Part shown: positions 36,789 through 45,544 of the stretch, in pieces
How positions within the stretch are numbered: the stretch's first letter is position 1
Layout: each line of letters starts with the position of its first letter
From: Fimbriimonadales bacterium
GTDB lineage: Bacteria > Armatimonadota > Fimbriimonadia > Fimbriimonadales > JABRVX01
Length of the DNA stretch: 64,000 bases
Assembly: GCA_045862955.1 (NCBI GenBank)
Contig: BTVI01000014.1
Location: 1-64,000 of the forward strand
Direction of reading: 5' to 3'
Notes under the pieces: generated by a model
The model's database searches: none
The model's input: only the letters and a program-made list of their open reading frames with translations
Told to the model about the DNA's origin: nothing
Made by a program: the position numbers and the translations under genes

Positions 36789-38519
36789 TCACAGCACCGG
36801 CGTCGCCTTACCCGGCCTTACCACGTTGCCGGCGGCGTGACTCCGTCGAACATCCGTCAGAGCACTCTTCGCCCGACGGCCGATGTGCTCCACCCCGTCG
36901 TTCAAGCGAATGTACAGCCCATCGTCGCTCCAGCCTACAGCCTTGGGCTCGCCACCGGACAGCACAGACTGCACCACGTTGCATTCGATGACCTGGGCAC
37001 GCCGGTGGCGCGGTAGCTCCTGCTCGAACTGCGCCATCGTGCCTGGCGTGATACGAAACTCCTCCAGCGGTACGCGCTCGTCCGCGCGAACGTAGATGGC
37101 ACGTCGGTATTGGTGCTCGAGAGCCTCTACGTGCTCGCCGTCAGCGCCGATGAACCACTCCGCGACGTGAGGATGTGCCTCGACAAAGAGAGCGTCACCC
37201 GCTTCAGCCGCTTTCCGCCGCAGATCGCGTTCGAGCCAGAGCGAGACGGTCTCAGCGCTGTTAACTCGTCCGCGGCCGTGACACACCGAGCACACGTCCG
37301 TAATCGCTTCCGTAACGGACTCGCCGGTTCGTTTTCGGGTCATCTCGATGAGACCGAGCGAACTGATTCGGCCTACCCGCGTGCGCGCTCGGTCCCGCTT
37401 CAATGCGCGAGTGAACGCGGCGAGCACAGTCTTCCGATCCTGCGCGCTGGACATGTCGATGAAGTCTATGACGATGATCCCTCCGAGGTCTCGCAGGCGA
37501 ATCTGCCGCGTGACTTCCTGCACCGCCTCCAGATTGGCCTTCACGATGGTGTCGGCCAACGATGTCGAGCCAACCTGCTTACCGGTGTTCACGTCAATCG
37601 CGGTGATGGCTTCCATTTCGTCCACGACTAGGTAACCGCCCGACTTCAGCCACACCTTGCGCCGCAGCAACCGCTCCATCTGGGCTTCGATTCCGAAGTG
37701 GTCGAAGATAGGCTCGTCGCCGTCATAGAGCATGATACGATTGCGCACCTTAGGAGCCAATACCGATGCTATTTCGTGAATGGCCTCATACTCCGCAGGG
37801 TCGTCCAGCACTAGGCGGTTCACATCCGCGCCGAACGCATCTCTCACTGTCCTGAGAAGAAGCGTGTCGTCCGAGTGGATGCGGGCAGGCGCTCGTTCTG
37901 TCCTGGCCCGCTCAGCCACCTGCAACCAAGTCTTTGCCAGGAAGGCCACGTCTGCGGTCAGTTCCTTCTCGGTCTTGCCCTCGCACTCCGTACGCATGAT
38001 CAGGCCGAAGCCTTCGGGGCACAACTTCTGCCCGATGCGGCGGAGGCGTTCGCGTTCCGCCCTGTCCTCGATCTTCCGTGACACGCCGAGGTGTGCGCTG
38101 TCGGGCATGAGCACCACGTAGCGGCCGGGTAGGGTGAGACGAGTGGAGACGCGGGCGCCTTTCGTGCCCCTCGGGCCCTTTATCACCTGCACCAGTACCT
38201 CTTGGCCGGGTCGCAGCAAGTCCTTGATGTTCCTCTGTCTCAGCTCGGAGCGGCGAAGCGACGCAGGCGGTGCGTCCGTGCCGTCGTCGAGCAACACGTC
38301 TGCGACGTACAAAAAAGCGTTGCGCTCCAGCCCGATGTCCACGAACGCCGCATCCATGCCCTGAAGCACGTTCTGAACGATTCCTTTGTAGATGCTGCCC
38401 ACCACGCGCTCTTCTCGCTCCACTCTCAGCTCGACGAGCTGTCCGTCTTCTAAGGTGGCGATGCGCGTCTCGCGGGGGCTGACGTTGACAATGATGTCTT
38501 TCGTTACCTTCTGCTCTAT
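36789..38519 (-). CDS. Rne/Rng family ribonuclease (RNase G-like), probable ATA start
   Basis: GSIYKG..AAFVDIG S1 domain, GTKGAR, AIDVNTG, GGIIVIDFIDM, EMTRKR, CSVCHG; conserved N-terminus KDIIVNVSPRETRIA lies upstream of the first canonical start (38423). Confidence 0.92.
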   Translation of the reverse strand: MEQKVTKDIIVNVSPRETRIATLEDGQLVELRVEREERVVGSIYKGIVQNVLQGMDAAFVDIGLERNAFLYVADVLLDDGTDAPPASLRRSELRQRNIKDLLRPGQEVLVQVIKGPRGTKGARVSTRLTLPGRYVVLMPDSAHLGVSRKIEDRAERERLRRIGQKLCPEGFGLIMRTECEGKTEKELTADVAFLAKTWLQVAERARTERAPARIHSDDTLLLRTVRDAFGADVNRLVLDDPAEYEAIHEIASVLAPKVRNRIMLYDGDEPIFDHFGIEAQMERLLRRKVWLKSGGYLVVDEMEAITAIDVNTGKQVGSTSLADTIVKANLEAVQEVTRQIRLRDLGGIIVIDFIDMSSAQDRKTVLAAFTRALKRDRARTRVGRISSLGLIEMTRKRTGESVTEAITDVCSVCHGRGRVNSAETVSLWLERDLRRKAAEAGDALFVEAHPHVAEWFIGADGEHVEALEHQYRRAIYVRADERVPLEEFRITPGTMAQFEQELPRHRRAQVIECNVVQSVLSGGEPKAVGWSDDGLYIRLNDGVEHIGRRAKSALTDVRRSHAAGNVVRPGKATPVL

Positions 38520-38990
38520 GGAAGTTCACTCCTTAGGCCGAGCGCGGGGTCTGTGGCTACTGCAGGTTCGGGAAGCGTCGGCTGCGACGGATAGCGGGAC
38601 AGCGGCGCCGGGAGTGAAATCGCGCCCGAGACACTGCGGATGCCTTTGCGCCCGGCGTGCATTTCGCCCGTAGTATAGCACAGCCCGCCGGCCGATGGCC
38701 AGCGTGCCAAGCGATGAGGGGGCCCCGCCGAGCGGCGCACGCGCCCGACTGGCTGCCGCAACCGTGCGAACGGGTTGCGGTCGGGAGGCCGCCATGATCG
38801 CGGCGAGCATCCCCGGCAACCTGTCTTCCTGAATCTGTCCACCCACGAGCCCTCCCGGCTGGGGTGCTGTTGTTAGTCCTCGATAGGAAGGACAATCGGT
38901 TGGGGGGTTAGCCGGTCCGTCCACGCCCGCTCCCTCGAAATAGCACTGCAACCGCCACGCAGCAGCCGAACGTTCGCGTATTCTGGCTGC

Positions 38991-39014
38991 ATGCTTCGAC
39001 AAGCTCAGCGTGAC
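38991..39014. repeat. Single REP-type copy
   Basis: ATGCTTCGACAAGCTCAGCGTGAC, matching 5691-5714 including the downstream flank GACGCT..GGGTGCTGC. Confidence 0.8.
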
Positions 39015-39125
39015 GCTAGGGTGCTGCTACACGGGCTGCTTTCACCCTGTAGGCAGATGCGATGCAACGGAGGAGTAGAGCAATCTCGACAGGCTCGTGA
39101 CGACGGGCTGGACGACTGGACCGTG

Positions 39126-40844
39126 TTACGGATCGCCGTGGTCCCCGAAGCCGACGAGGACGATGTTTAGGTCGCTGATACCTTCTACGCCATCCTCATC
39201 CACGTCTGCTAGCGCATCCTGCCGACCGAACAGGTTGAGTATGCGGTTCAGGTCGAGGAGGTCCACGCCATTGTCAGGATTCGCATCCCCGTTCGGCAAG
39301 ACCATCTCTACGTTTTGTACATCGCCGCCAGAGGTGTCTACCGTGACCGTTCGGCGCAGCCAGTGCGTGTGCTTCGCAGACAGCGTGCAAGTCATCGTGC
39401 CTGCTGGTACCGTGAGCGAAAACGACCCCGAAGGGCTCAGACTCACCATCTGATAGGAAGGGCTTCCTCCGTCTAGTGCAACGCGCATCTCTACAGGGCT
39501 CGGAATCGGTGCTTGCGGTGATAGGTGCATGAAGCGCACGGTACCCGATATCACGACCTCCGGCGTACCATCAGTGCGCGTAACAAAGACGTCCGATTGA
39601 CCGTTGGTATCGTTCTCCACCAGGTTGGAAGCGAGACTCTCGAAGACGACGGTTCGTCCGTTCACACTGACTGCAGGCGCAGCGCTATCATCGTTACCAG
39701 GCAAGCCGGCTGACGACGCAGTTAGCAGCCGAGTAGTGCCGTTCGCTCGATCGTGCAGGAACACATCCTGGCGCGCGTTGTCGTCCCCGGGCGCCAGGTT
39801 CGAAGCAGTGCTCGCAAACGCCACGTATCTCCCATCGCCACTCACCGAAGCAGCGAGGCTCCCACTGTTCCCCTGTTCAGCAGACGAGGACACCGACGCG
39901 AGATGAGTGGTCCCGGTAACCCGCTCTCGAACGAACACGTCCTGCACGCCGTTGGTATCACCTTCCGTCAGCGTCCAAGCATCGCTCTGGAAGACGACTG
40001 TGCTGCCGTCCGCGCTAATGGAGGCGTTCAAGCTGTCTCGGTTGCCTTCCACACCGCTGGAAGAGACACTAGCTCGCTCCGTTGTTCCGAGCAGCCGGTC
40101 GCGCACGAACACGTCAACCGCGCTGTTAGTATCATCGGACACCAGGTTGGTGGCATAACTGTGAAAGGCAACGAATCGACCGTCTGCGCTGATAGAAGGA
40201 CGCATACTGCCACGGTTGGCTTGCCAGCCATCGGACCTCACGCTGATCCTCTCGGTAGTACCAGTCAGCCGGTCCCGCACGTACACGTCGTGCCTGTCGT
40301 TCGTGTCACCTGTGACGAGGTTGGTGGCAGCGCTATCGAATGCGACGTATCTTCCATCCGAGCTAATAGTGGGGAAGTCGCTGTCTCCGTTAGCCTGCGC
40401 GCCCGCGCTCGAGACGCTGACACGCTCGGTAGTCCCGAGCAAGCGGTCGCGTACGAAGATGTCGCGGAGCCCGTTGCTATCGCCTGCTACCAGATTGGAG
40501 GCAGAGCTGCGGAATGCCACGTAGCGTCCGTCGGCGCTGATGGCGGGGTAGTCGCAAGCGCCGCTTGCCTGCACCCCGCTCGAGGAGACGCTGACACGTT
40601 CCGTCGTCCCTGCCACCGTGTCTCTCACGAAGACGTCACTCTTCCCGTTGGTGTCGTCCGGTACCAGATTCCATGCGCTACTGTGGAAAGCGATGAATCG
40701 CCCGTCGCCGCTGACCGAGGCGTACGCACTGGGCCCGTTGCCCTCCACACCCGACGAGGAGACGGATGCTCGCTCGGTCACCCACGGCTGAGGGTAGGCC
40801 ACAGCTGCCACGAAGACGACGGAGAGAAACGCGCGCCGAGCCGT
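39126..40844 (-). CDS. Secreted TolB/PD40-like repeat beta-propeller protein with dockerin-like C-terminus
   Basis: About 6-7 repeats of S(A/G)DGR.VAF.S.A.NLV..D.N...DVFVRD; C-terminus NGDANPDNGVDLLDLN..ADVDEDGVEGISDLN; first canonical start GTG 40811, SD-aligned ACG at 40844. Confidence 0.85.
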   Translation of the reverse strand, partial: TARRAFLSVVFVAAVAYPQPWVTERASVSSSGVEGNGPSAYASVSGDGRFIAFHSSAWNLVPDDTNGKSDVFVRDTVAGTTERVSVSSSGVQASGACDYPAISADGRYVAFRSSASNLVAGDSNGLRDIFVRDRLLGTTERVSVSSAGAQANGDSDFPTISSDGRYVAFDSAATNLVTGDTNDRHDVYVRDRLTGTTERISVRSDGWQANRGSMRPSISADGRFVAFHSYATNLVSDDTNSAVDVFVRDRLLGTTERASVSSSGVEGNRDSLNASISADGSTVVFQSDAWTLTEGDTNGVQDVFVRERVTGTTHLASVSSSAEQGNSGSLAASVSGDGRYVAFASTASNLAPGDDNARQDVFLHDRANGTTRLLTASSAGLPGNDDSAAPAVSVNGRTVVFESLASNLVENDTNGQSDVFVTRTDGTPEVVISGTVRFMHLSPQAPIPSPVEMRVALDGGSPSYQMVSLSPSGSFSLTVPAGTMTCTLSAKHTHWLRRTVTVDTSGGDVQNVEMVLPNGDANPDNGVDLLDLNRILNLFGRQDALADVDEDGVEGISDLNIVLVGFGDHGDP

Positions 40845-40975
40845 CTGGCACTCCTTTCCACACCACGGGGTGCCGCCGAGATGGATACCATTCTATCACG
40901 GCTTCGGATGAGGCCGAAGAGGTCCAGACCCCTCGAGCAGTGGGGTCCCATCAGGGGTAAGATCAGTGCCGGCGA

Positions 40976-41053
40976 CGGGGCGTAGCGCAGTTTGGTTAGC
41001 GCGTCGGCTTTGGGAGCCGAAGGTCGTGAGTTCGAGTCTCACCGCCCCGACCA
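40976..41053 (+). tRNA. tRNA-Pro(TGG)
   Basis: Acceptor CGGGGCG/CGCCCCG, D arm GCGC/GCGC, anticodon stem TCGGC/GCCGA with loop TT-TGG-GA, T arm GTGAG-TTCGAGT-CTCAC, encoded CCA. Confidence 0.97.
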
Positions 41054-41062
41054 GTCTCTACG

Positions 41063-41998
41063 CTACTTCCCGCTCTTCCACGCCTTCTGCAGAGTAACGG
41101 CGTCCCCCACCTTGGGAGCATCTCCAGACGCCACGATGCAGATCGAGTAGCGGGGTCGAAGCTCCTTCACCCGAAGCGTTCCGGCCTCGGCCCTCTCCAT
41201 GCCCAGCACCTCGCCGGTTTCCGGATCGCGCACGACCTTCGTCGTCCGCACCACGGCGAGCGTGTCGCCGACGGCTAGTCCGTCGGACTCGCCAGCGTTC
41301 ACGAACACCTGGCCCTCGTCTACGTCAATCACTCGCGCAGACCACGGAAGGTCGGCGATCTCGCCCGTCAAATTCTTGACGGCGCCTTCGATGGCTTTCG
41401 TCGTGGCGCGACCTAGCGGGCTCGCGTTGAATACCTCCACGTTGGACAGGACCGCACTCACGCTCGCATCGAAGCCCACTGAGCCCGCGGTGGCCCGCCC
41501 GTCCCCATCCTTCGAAGCGACGACTTCGCTCGTGAAGGGGTCAATGGCCCGAAGATTCACGCGGCAGAAGCCTTCGGCCACGCGCCCGCGCACCTTGCCG
41601 ACGCCGCTCACATCGATGCCGACCCCTGCGCCACGCTCGCTGAACGTGAACTCCGTGATTACAGCCTTGATTAAGAGCTGCGCCGGTTGAATCGGGAGCC
41701 GGTCGCGGTCCTTGCCGGCCTCCGCAGCGATGCCGCGCTCCTGGCGAATCTCGTCCAGAATCTGCCGCTCCAGCACGATGAAGCGCCCCGTCTTGTTCAG
41801 CTCGTCGCTAATCTTCTCGACTAGTCCAGCACGGAACTCGGCGGGCATCTGATACGAGCCGAAGTTGTACGTGTTGGGCCGAAACTCTATGTCTATGACG
41901 GCGACGCGTATCTTGGGCCCGGGCGACACCTTGCCCAGTCCCTGAGCCCACGCGCCGACCAGCAGTGCCAGGGCGGCGACTACCACGGCAACACGCAT
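41063..41998 (-). CDS. CsgG/HfaB-like secreted protein with FlgT-like C-terminal domain
   Basis: Signal peptide, RVAVIDIE, GRFIVLER, VITEF, C-terminal VNAGESDGLAVGD..DPETGEVLG. Confidence 0.75.
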   Translation of the reverse strand: MRVAVVVAALALLVGAWAQGLGKVSPGPKIRVAVIDIEFRPNTYNFGSYQMPAEFRAGLVEKISDELNKTGRFIVLERQILDEIRQERGIAAEAGKDRDRLPIQPAQLLIKAVITEFTFSERGAGVGIDVSGVGKVRGRVAEGFCRVNLRAIDPFTSEVVASKDGDGRATAGSVGFDASVSAVLSNVEVFNASPLGRATTKAIEGAVKNLTGEIADLPWSARVIDVDEGQVFVNAGESDGLAVGDTLAVVRTTKVVRDPETGEVLGMERAEAGTLRVKELRPRYSICIVASGDAPKVGDAVTLQKAWKSGK

Positions 41999-42088
41999 AG
42001 CGAACCTCCCGCCGCCGCAGACCGGCTCGCGGCGGCTCTCCCAATATTAGACGTCGGTTCCTGCTGGTCGTGTCAGTCCAGGGGCATC

Positions 42089-44047
42089 CTAGGGCACCAG
42101 CTCGACCACGATGTAGTCCAGGCCCATCATGTAGCGCTTGATCGCCTTCTCGTTGGCCCCCACGATTTCGGCTTCCAGGAAGTTCTCGCCGCGCTTCAGG
42201 TCCGCCACGCCGATCACTCGCTTCTCGTACACGATGCCGTCGTTGTAGAAGTCGACGGGCCCTCCCAACTTCTCACCGTTCACGTAGAACTGGATGATGC
42301 CGTAGTCCGCGGCTTTGCAGAAGTTTCCCACGATGGAGAACTGCGTGCTGGCCGGCGCCTCGAACACCAGCTTCAGCCTGTCGCCGGGCTTGCCGTCGCG
42401 CCACCACAGGTGCGCGTCGCCCGAGGCCACGTCCGCCATCCCTTGGCGTTCGTGAATGCCGCCGGTGCACTCCACCACGCGCAGGTTCTCGCCCTCGATG
42501 GCGCCGGGCACGCGAATGCGCTCCGGCACCGGCTGGATCACGAGATCATGGACCGATGCGGGCTGGAAGCCGTCCGTGCTGTCCTTCGTGGCATACCAAT
42601 ACACTGTCACCGCATAGTCCACCTGCGTCTGCTGCGAGTGCCACACCTCCATGTCGAACCGGAAGGACGTGGAGAACGGGTAGTCGTCCAAGATGTGGAA
42701 GCGGTTGACTAGAGTATGCCCCTTGTTGCCCGGCCCATCGCACCTCGGCTGGTTGTGGTACGGGTGGAAGAAGGGCGTCGGGTTGCACCACGCATAGCCG
42801 TAGTAGTCCTCGCTTCCCGTGCCGAAGGTGCTCGGGAACGTCTCGCCGTCAACGTAGATCTTCTCGTCTCCCTCGCCCCACCATGGCGACACCGGGTTCG
42901 TGACGTGCAGAGAGGTGCCGACGAACACGCCTTTGCCGGTTGCCGTCAGGTAGTTCCAGTCGCGCATCGGCCGAGTGGGCATCTTTTCCGTCCGCCATTT
43001 CGCGTGAAACAGCAGGCGGCTCGGGTCGGCCTTCCTAGGCTGAATCAGTGCACGTCCCTCGAAGCGGACGCGCTGGTCCGTGTTGTTGCTAATGCGCAAT
43101 CGGGCGCCGTGCTGGAAGGGCATGACCCACCTGCATATCATCTGGCCGTTCTCCTTCACCTGCAGCGGGAGGGAGTCGAACGGATTGATCCCGGGCGCCG
43201 TGCCGAAGAAGTCGCCGACGGGCGCCCAGATGGTCTCCTTGCCGTCGAAGACCCCAGTCAGCACGCATCCCCTCAGCGCCTTTTCCACGTCCTGCGCTTC
43301 GCACCTGAGGACGAAGGTTTCGATGTCGGCAGGTCCTTTTGCCTCGAAGATGGTGGCAGATCTACCGGGCTCGATAGTCACGCTGATCGGCATCGGAGAC
43401 CCGACTACAGGTGCCGCCTGCCCTGCATCCGCCAACTTCTTCTGGAGCTGGTGCTTCGCAACGGCTTGCTCCGCCTGCGCCATCGTGAAACTGCGCACCT
43501 GCGTGCCGGAAGGGTAGGTGCGGTAGTTGATGTGGTAGTAGACGTGCCTGACCGCCGGGTCCTCGGAGAGAGTTACTTTGCAGTGCCGAGAGTAGGGGAT
43601 GGGGAAGTAGAGGTTCCAGCCAGACGAACGGACGTGCGCAATGGGGTCGAGAAATGGTTCGGTCTTGCCCTCCAGGAGGTCTGCCAACTTCATCTCTATG
43701 GTGGGCTTGTCCGAGTTGTCCAAATAGAACCGTACCGTGCCCGCAGGGTTCGCGGACCAGATGCGCACGATAACACCCGGCCCCGCGGCATCCATCATCA
43801 CCCACTCTTCGCGGTCACCTACCTTCTCGCTGCGAATGTACTGCCCGGCGTCGCCGTTGGCGAACCAATCCTCGGTGGGCGATTTCGCGGCTCTGTCATA
43901 GCTGCTCGCCTGCCGCGTGACGTAGGGGGGATTCGGGAAGCGAGTCAGGCGGCCGAGGGACGTCATGTCCTCGATCAGCCGGTCAATCGTGATCGGGCCG
44001 GACGCCTGGGTGATTGCTACGAGCGATGTTGTGATGAGCAGGTACAT
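42089..44047 (-). CDS. DUF2961 (GH172-like) secreted glycosidase with C-terminal CBM-like domain
   Basis: SSYDR, GPGVIVRIW, PVGDFFG, WWGEGDEKIYVDGE, GTGSEDYYG; start at MYLLITTS. Confidence 0.82.
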   Translation of the reverse strand: MYLLITTSLVAITQASGPITIDRLIEDMTSLGRLTRFPNPPYVTRQASSYDRAAKSPTEDWFANGDAGQYIRSEKVGDREEWVMMDAAGPGVIVRIWSANPAGTVRFYLDNSDKPTIEMKLADLLEGKTEPFLDPIAHVRSSGWNLYFPIPYSRHCKVTLSEDPAVRHVYYHINYRTYPSGTQVRSFTMAQAEQAVAKHQLQKKLADAGQAAPVVGSPMPISVTIEPGRSATIFEAKGPADIETFVLRCEAQDVEKALRGCVLTGVFDGKETIWAPVGDFFGTAPGINPFDSLPLQVKENGQMICRWVMPFQHGARLRISNNTDQRVRFEGRALIQPRKADPSRLLFHAKWRTEKMPTRPMRDWNYLTATGKGVFVGTSLHVTNPVSPWWGEGDEKIYVDGETFPSTFGTGSEDYYGYAWCNPTPFFHPYHNQPRCDGPGNKGHTLVNRFHILDDYPFSTSFRFDMEVWHSQQTQVDYAVTVYWYATKDSTDGFQPASVHDLVIQPVPERIRVPGAIEGENLRVVECTGGIHERQGMADVASGDAHLWWRDGKPGDRLKLVFEAPASTQFSIVGNFCKAADYGIIQFYVNGEKLGGPVDFYNDGIVYEKRVIGVADLKRGENFLEAEIVGANEKAIKRYMMGLDYIVVELVP

Positions 44048-44118
44048 GGCGATTGGCTCCCTTCTGCGCTGAGCTGATGCTGGATTCCCGCCTTCGGGCC
44101 TCTTGAACAGGTGCATGA

Positions 44119-44703
44119 CTGCATCGGCACGGCGGTCCTGATTTCTGCCCCGGCGCGGCCCTTGGGTTGGCTTCATGCCCTCGGTGCTGGAAAGAGGGTG
44201 GGTCAGTGCGAGCGTGCCACCGCCCGGGACCGTCGTGCTGAGCCTGTCGAAGCATGCATCGGTGAGTGCCAGGGCCACCTAGTGAACTCGAAAACGTGCG
44301 GCCGGTGGTCCCATGCCTCGACAGGCTCAGCATGACGTGAGGCTCAGCATGACGTCGCCCGTGACCCATCTTCTGCCAATTGGCGGACGCGGTCCAGGGC
44401 ATAGAGAACCTGCATCGGCACTGCGGTCCCGATGTATGCCCCGGCGCGGCCCTTGGGTCGGCTTCATGCCCTCGGTGCTGGAAAGAGGGTGGGTCAGTGA
44501 GAGCGTGCAGCCGCCCGGGACCGTCGTGCCGAGCCTGTCGAAGCATGCATCGGTGAGTGTCAGGGCCACCTAGTGAACTCGAAAACGTGCGGCCGGTGGT
44601 CCCATGCTTCGACAGGCTCAGCATGACGTGAGGCTCAGCATGACGTCGCCCGTGACCCATCCTCTGCCAATTGGCGCACGCGGTCCAGGGCATAGGGAAC
44701 CTG
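44119..44703. repeat. Two tandem 291-bp composite repeats containing REPIN-like doublets
   Basis: CTGCATCGGCAC at 44119 and 44410; each unit has GTCGTGC(T/C)GAGCCTGTCGAAGCATG ... CATGC(C/T)TCGACAGGCTCAGCATGAC inside TGCCCCGGCGCGG ... ACGCGGTCCAGGGCAT ends. Confidence 0.93.
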
Positions 44704-44839
44704 TCATCGCAGTGAAACATTTGTCGCTCCCTCGAAGGCGGGAAACCGGGTTGTGCAGTCGTTCCTGTCCTCCCGCTTCGCGCCTCGTGCCCTAAGCTCC
44801 TGCCGCAGGTGCGCGTCAGAGGGCGTGGAACCGGGGGGC

Positions 44840-45544
44840 ATGCATGACCTAGCAGCCTTGAACGAAGAGATCGTCTCGTGCACTCGCTGTCCGCGGCTCA
44901 TCGAGCACTGTCGCCGTGTTGCCGAGCTCAAACGAGCGGCGTACCGCGAGCACGTCTACTGGGGCCGACCGGTTCCCAACTTCGGTGACCCCGAAGCACG
45001 CGTACTTCTGGTGGGCCTCGCTCCGGGGGCTCACGGCGGCAACCGAACGGGCCGCATCTTCACAGGCGACCGGAGCGGCGACTTCCTGTTCCGAGCGCTG
45101 TTCGAGGCGGGCTTTGCCTCCCAGCCGGTATCGGTGAGCCGAGACGACGGGATGAAGCTGCAGGACGCCTACATTACGGCCGTCGCGCACTGCGCTCCAC
45201 CCGCCAACAAGCCGAATCCGGAGGAGATACGCAACTGCCGACCCTTCTTTGCCCGCACCCTCGACCGCCTTCCGCGGCTGCGCGTCATCGTCGCCCTCGG
45301 CAAGACCGCCTACGACGCCTGCGTGCGGGAACTGGCGCGCCCCGGCGAGAGGGGGCTGCCGTTCTCTCACGGCGCGGAGGTTTTGCTAGGCGGCAAGTGG
45401 CTCCTTGCGTCCTACCACCCGAGCCAGCAGAACACTTTCACCGGCAAGCTCACGCCTCAGATGCTGTTGGACGTGCTGCTACGGGCTCGAGATCTGGCGG
45501 AGGCTACTGGCTTTGCGCAGGTAGGTTCGGTGCCGTGCCGTTGA
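44840..45544 (+). CDS. Uracil-DNA glycosylase family 5 (UdgB-like)
   Basis: CTRCPRL, GLAPGAHGGNRTGRIFTGDRSG, HCAPPANKP, YHPSQQN. Confidence 0.92.
   Translation: MHDLAALNEEIVSCTRCPRLIEHCRRVAELKRAAYREHVYWGRPVPNFGDPEARVLLVGLAPGAHGGNRTGRIFTGDRSGDFLFRALFEAGFASQPVSVSRDDGMKLQDAYITAVAHCAPPANKPNPEEIRNCRPFFARTLDRLPRLRVIVALGKTAYDACVRELARPGERGLPFSHGAEVLLGGKWLLASYHPSQQNTFTGKLTPQMLLDVLLRARDLAEATGFAQVGSVPCR

Noticed and set aside
40976..41100. tRNA-Pro (or tRNA-Arg) as the attachment site of an integrated island
   Set aside because: No integrase and no duplicated tRNA 3' end found in the window
44048..44278. N-terminal extension of the DUF2961 ORF, and likewise of the 60239 ORF
   Set aside because: The extensions are read-through of repeat elements; signal peptides begin at 44047 and 60665
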